Source of the DNA: Squalus acanthias
Lineage: Eukaryota
DNA: 64,000 nucleotides
NCBI GenBank assembly: GCA_030390025.1
Contig: CM059431.1
Location: 144,710,001 to 144,774,000, forward strand
Direction of reading: 5' to 3'
The notes under the pieces were generated by a model. That model was given only the letters and a program-made list of their open reading frames with translations, made no database searches and was not told the DNA's origin. This document shows, piece by piece, positions 58,401 through 64,000 of this stretch (position 1 is its first letter; each line of letters starts with the position of its first letter). The position numbers and the translations under genes are program-made.

Positions 58401-61400
58401 GACTCTGTAACAAGTGTCCCTGTGTACAGTGTGTGTCTCTCCCAGTGAGGAGTCAGACTCTGTAACAAGTGTCCCTGTGTACAGTGTGTGTCTCTCCCAG
58501 TGAGGAGTCAGACTCTGTAACAAGTGTCCCTGTGTACAGTGTGTGTCTCTCCCAGTGAGGAGTCAGACTCTGTAACAAGTGTCCCTGTGTACAGTGTGTG
58601 TCTCTCCCAGTGAGGAGTCAGACTCTGTAACAAGTGTCCCTGTGTACAGTGTGTGTCTCTCCCAGTGAGGAGTCAGACTCTGTAACAAGTGTCCCTGTGT
58701 ACAGTGTGTGTCTCTCCCAGTGAGGAGTCAGACTCTGTAACAAGTGTCCCTGTGTACAGTGTGTGTCTCTCCCAGTGAGGAGTCAGACTCTGTAACAAGT
58801 GTCCCTGTGTACAGTGTGTGTCTCTCCCAGTGAGGAGTCAGACTCTGTAACAAGTGTCCCTGTGTACAGTGTGTGTCTCTCCCAGTGAGGAGTCAGACTC
58901 TGTAACAAGTGTCCCTGTGTACAGTGTGTGTCTCTCCCAGTGAGGAGTCAGACTCTGTAACAAGTGTCCCTGTGTACAGTGTGTGTCTCTCCCAGTGAGG
59001 AGTCAGACTCTGTAACAAGTGTCCCTGTGTACAGTGTGTGTCTCTCCCAGTGAGGAGTCAGACTCTGTAACAAGTGTCCCTGTGTACAGTGTGTGTCTCT
59101 CCCAGTGAGGAGTCAGACTCTGTAACAAGTGTCCCTGTGTACAGTGTGTGTCTCTCCCAGTGAGGAGTCAGACTCTGTAACAAGTGTCCCTGTGTACAGT
59201 GTGTGTCTCTCCCAGTGAGGAGTCAGACTCTGTAACAAGTGTCCCTGTGTACAGTGTGTGTCTCTCCCAGTGAGGAGTCAGACTCTGTAACAAGTGTCCC
59301 TGTGTACAGTGTGTGTCTCTCCCAGTGAGGAGTCAGACTCTGTAACAAGTGTCCCTGTGTACAGTGTGTGTCTCTCCCAGTGAGGAGTCAGACTCTGTAA
59401 CAAGTGTCCCTGTGTACAGTGTGTGTCTCTCCCAGTGAGGAGTCAGACTCTGTAACAAGTGTCCCTGTGTACAGTGTGTGTCTCTCCCAGTGAGGAGTCA
59501 GACTCTGTAACAAGTGTCCCTGTGTACAGTGTGTGTCTCTCCCAGTGAGGAGTCAGACTCTGTAACAAGTGTCCCTGTGTACAGTGTGTGTCTCTCCCAG
59601 TGAGGAGTCAGACTCTGTAACAAGTGTCCCTGTGTACAGTGTGTGTCTCTCCCAGTGAGGAGTCAGACTCTGTAACAAGTGTCCCTGTGTACAGTGTGTG
59701 TCTCTCCCAGTGAGGAGTCAGACTCTGTAACAAGTGTCCCTGTGTACAGTGTGTGTCTCTCCCAGTGAGGAGTCAGACTCTGTAACAAGTGTCCCTGTGT
59801 ACAGTGTGTGTCTCTCCCAGTGAGGAGTCAGACTCTGTAACAAGTGTCCCTGTGTACAGTGTGTGTCTCTCCCAGTGAGGAGTCAGACTCTGTAACAAGT
59901 GTCCCTGTGTACAGTGTGTGTCTCTCCCAGTGAGGAGTCAGACTCTGTAACAAGTGTCCCTGTGTACAGTGTGTGTCTCTCCCAGTGAGGAGTCAGACTC
60001 TGTAACAAGTGTCCCTGTGTACAGTGTGTGTCTCTCCCAGTGAGGAGTCAGACTCTGTAACAAGTGTCCCTGTGTACAGTGTGTGTCTCTCCCAGTGAGG
60101 AGTCAGACTCTGTAACAAGTGTCCCTGTGTACAGTGTGTGTCTCTCCCAGTGAGGAGTCAGACTCTGTAACAAGTGTCCCTGTGTACAGTGTGTGTCTCT
60201 CCCAGTGAGGAGTCAGACTCTGTAACAAGTGTCCCTGTGTACAGTGTGTGTCTCTCCCAGTGAGGAGTCAGACTCTGTAACAAGTGTCCCTGTGTACAGT
60301 GTGTGTCTCTCCCAGTGAGGAGTCAGACTCTGTAACAAGTGTCCCTGTGTACAGTGTGTGTCTCTCCCAGTGAGGAGTCAGACTCTGTAACAAGTGTCCC
60401 TGTGTACAGTGTGTGTCTCTCCCAGTGAGGAGTCAGACTCTGTAACAAGTGTCCCTGTGTACAGTGTGTGTCTCTCCCAGTGAGGAGTCAGACTCTGTAA
60501 CAAGTGTCCCTGTGTACAGTGTGTGTCTCTCCCAGTGAGGAGTCAGACTCTGTAACAAGTGTCCCTGTGTACAGTGTGTGTCTCTCCCAGTGAGGAGTCA
60601 GACTCTGTAACAAGTGTCCCTGTGTACAGTGTGTGTCTCTCCCAGTGAGGAGTCAGACTCTGTAACAAGTGTCCCTGTGTACAGTGTGTGTCTCTCCCAG
60701 TGAGGAGTCAGACTCTGTAACAAGTGTCCCTGTGTACAGTGTGTGTCTCTCCCAGTGAGGAGTCAGACTCTGTAACAAGTGTCCCTGTGTACAGTGTGTG
60801 TCTCTCCCAGTGAGGAGTCAGACTCTGTAACAAGTGTCCCTGTGTACAGTGTGTGTCTCTCCCAGTGAGGAGTCAGACTCTGTAACAAGTGTCCCTGTGT
60901 ACAGTGTGTGTCTCTCCCAGTGAGGAGTCAGACTCTGTAACAAGTGTCCCTGTGTACAGTGTGTGTCTCTCCCAGTGAGGAGTCAGACTCTGTAACAAGT
61001 GTCCCTGTGTACAGTGTGTGTCTCTCCCAGTGAGGAGTCAGACTCTGTAACAAGTGTCCCTGTGTACAGTGTGTGTCTCTCCCAGTGAGGAGTCAGACTC
61101 TGTAACAAGTGTCCCTGTGTACAGTGTGTGTCTCTCCCAGTGAGGAGTCAGACTCTGTAACAAGTGTCCCTGTGTACAGTGTGTGTCTCTCCCAGTGAGG
61201 AGTCAGACTCTGTAACAAGTGTCCCTGTGTACAGTGTGTGTCTCTCCCAGTGAGGAGTCAGACTCTGTAACAAGTGTCCCTGTGTACAGTGTGTGTCTCT
61301 CCCAGTGAGGAGTCAGACTCTGTAACAAGTGTCCCTGTGTACAGTGTGTGTCTCTCCCAGTGAGGAGTCAGACTCTGTAACAAGTGTCCCTGTGTACAGT

Positions 61401-64000
61401 GTGTGTCTCTCCCAGTGAGGAGTCAGACTCTGTAACAAGTGTCCCTGTGTACAGTGTGTGTCTCTCCCAGTGAGGAGTCAGACTCTGTAACAAGTGTCCC
61501 TGTGTACAGTGTGTGTCTCTCCCAGTGAGGAGTCAGACTCTGTAACAAGTGTCCCTGTGTACAGTGTGTGTCTCTCCCAGTGAGGAGTCAGACTCTGTAA
61601 CAAGTGTCCCTGTGTACAGTGTGTGTCTCTCCCAGTGAGGAGTCAGACTCTGTAACAAGTGTCCCTGTGTACAGTGTGTGTCTCTCCCAGTGAGGAGTCA
61701 GACTCTGTAACAAGTGTCCCTGTGTACAGTGTGTGTCTCTCCCAGTGAGGAGTCAGACTCTGTAACAAGTGTCCCTGTGTACAGTGTGTGTCTCTCCCAG
61801 TGAGGAGTCAGACTCTGTAACAAGTGTCCCTGTGTACAGTGTGTGTCTCTCCCAGTGAGGAGTCAGACTCTGTAACAAGTGTCCCTGTGTACAGTGTGTG
61901 TCTCTCCCAGTGAGGAGTCAGACTCTGTAACAAGTGTCCCTGTGTACAGTGTGTGTCTCTCCCAGTGAGGAGTCAGACTCTGTAACAAGTGTCCCTGTGT
62001 ACAGTGTGTGTCTCTCCCAGTGAGGAGTCAGACTCTGTAACAAGTGTCCCTGTGTACAGTGTGTGTCTCTCCCAGTGAGGAGTCAGACTCTGTAACAAGT
62101 GTCCCTGTGTACAGTGTGTGTCTCTCCCAGTGAGGAGTCAGACTCTGTAACAAGTGTCCCTGTGTACAGTGTGTGTCTCTCCCAGTGAGGAGTCAGACTC
62201 TGTAACAAGTGTCCCTGTGTACAGTGTGTGTCTCTCCCAGTGAGGAGTCAGACTCTGTAACAAGTGTCCCTGTGTACAGTGTGTGTCTCTCCCAGTGAGG
62301 AGTCAGACTCTGTAACAAGTGTCCCTGTGTACAGTGTGTGTCTCTCCCAGTGAGGAGTCAGACTCTGTAACAAGTGTCCCTGTGTACAGTGTGTGTCTCT
62401 CCCAGTGAGGAGTCAGACTCTGTAACAAGTGTCCCTGTGTACAGTGTGTGTCTCTCCCAGTGAGGAGTCAGACTCTGTAACAAGTGTCCCTGTGTACAGT
62501 GTGTGTCTCTCCCAGTGAGGAGTCAGACTCTGTAACAAGTGTCCCTGTGTACAGTGTGTGTCTCTCCCAGTGAGGAGTCAGACTCTGTAACAAGTGTCCC
62601 TGTGTACAGTGTGTGTCTCTCCCAGTGAGGAGTCAGACTCTGTAACAAGTGTCCCTGTGTACAGTGTGTGTCTCTCCCAGTGAGGAGTCAGACTCTGTAA
62701 CAAGTGTCCCTGTGTACAGTGTGTGTCTCTCCCAGTGAGGAGTCAGACTCTGTAACAAGTGTCCCTGTGTACAGTGTGTGTCTCTCCCAGTGAGGAGTCA
62801 GACTCTGTAACAAGTGTCCCTGTGTACAGTGTGTGTCTCTCCCAGTGAGGAGTCAGACTCTGTAACAAGTGTCCCTGTGTACAGTGTGTGTCTCTCCCAG
62901 TGAGGAGTCAGACTCTGTAACAAGTGTCCCTGTGTACAGTGTGTGTCTCTCCCAGTGAGGAGTCAGACTCTGTAACAAGTGTCCCTGTGTACAGTGTGTG
63001 TCTCTCCCAGTGAGGAGTCAGACTCTGTAACAAGTGTCCCTGTGTACAGTGTGTGTCTCTCCCAGTGAGGAGTCAGACTCTGTAACAAGTGTCCCTGTGT
63101 ACAGTGTGTGTCTCTCCCAGTGAGGAGTCAGACTCTGTAACAAGTGTCCCTGTGTACAGTGTGTGTCTCTCCCAGTGAGGAGTCAGACTCTGTAACAAGT
63201 GTCCCTGTGTACAGTGTGTGTCTCTCCCAGTGAGGAGTCAGACTCTGTAACAAGTGTCCCTGTGTACAGTGTGTGTCTCTCCCAGTGAGGAGTCAGACTC
63301 TGTAACAAGTGTCCCTGTGTACAGTGTGTGTCTCTCCCAGTGAGGAGTCAGACTCTGTAACAAGTGTCCCTGTGTACAGTGTGTGTCTCTCCCAGTGAGG
63401 AGTCAGACTCTGTAACAAGTGTCCCTGTGTACAGTGTGTGTCTCTCCCAGTGAGGAGTCAGACTCTGTAACAAGTGTCCCTGTGTACAGTGTGTGTCTCT
63501 CCCAGTGAGGAGTCAGACTCTGTAACAAGTGTCCCTGTGTACAGTGTGTGTCTCTCCCAGTGAGGAGTCAGACTCTGTAACAAGTGTCCCTGTGTACAGT
63601 GTGTGTCTCTCCCAGTGAGGAGTCAGACTCTGTAACAAGTGTCCCTGTGTACAGTGTGTGTCTCTCCCAGTGAGGAGTCAGACTCTGTAACAAGTGTCCC
63701 TGTGTACAGTGTGTGTCTCTCCCAGTGAGGAGTCAGACTCTGTAACAAGTGTCCCTGTGTACAGTGTGTGTCTCTCCCAGTGAGGAGTCAGACTCTGTAA
63801 CAAGTGTCCCTGTGTACAGTGTGTGTCTCTCCCAGTGAGGAGTCAGACTCTGTAACAAGTGTCCCTGTGTACAGTGTGTGTCTCTCCCAGTGAGGAGTCA
63901 GACTCTGTAACAAGTGTCCCTGTGTACAGTGTGTGTCTCTCCCAGTGAGGAGTCAGACTCTGTAACAAGTGTCCCTGTGTACAGTGTGTGTCTCTCCCAG
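43460..64000. repeat. 55-bp satellite CAGTGAGGAGTCAGACTCTGTAACAAGTGTCCCTGTGTACAGTGTGTGTCTCTCC, about 373 copies, runs off the window
   Basis: Period 55 (the line pattern recurs every 660 nt, i.e. 12 units). Confidence 0.99.

Noticed and set aside
43460..64000. RSS-heptamer-like TACAGTG/CACACTG in the satellite unit
   Set aside because: No canonical CACAGTG in the consensus and no nonamer at 12 or 23 spacing.

Overview
Eukaryotic (vertebrate) genomic DNA. The repeat complement (CR1 and L2 LINEs, an HE1-like V-SINE, Penelope-like elements, RTE, Harbinger relics) points to a cartilaginous fish; this is inference. One host gene can be reconstructed: a + strand, 11-coding-exon NLR immune receptor (about 14001-43110). 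Its architecture is a CARD-like death fold, a FISNA-like segment, NACHT, WHD/HD2 and ribonuclease-inhibitor-type LRRs, about 1020 aa if repaired. All splice phases fit, but it carries an in-frame TGA in the NACHT exon (33250-33252), two frameshifted LRR exons and an RTE insertion, so it looks like a young pseudogene. A degenerate extra copy of its N-terminal exon (11655-11820) and a GC-box/CCAAT promoter candidate (about 10031-10200) lie upstream. The locus is bracketed by a 7.3 kb 22-bp minisatellite and a >20.5 kb 55-bp satellite, together about 43% of the window. Best leads: a ~155-bp apparent target-site duplication around the RTE that copied most of an LRR exon, minimal hammerhead-ribozyme motifs in both Penelope copies, the CARD-like rather than PYD N-terminus, and multi-level nested transposons. 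All calls were made by eye; no database searches were run and element boundaries are approximate.
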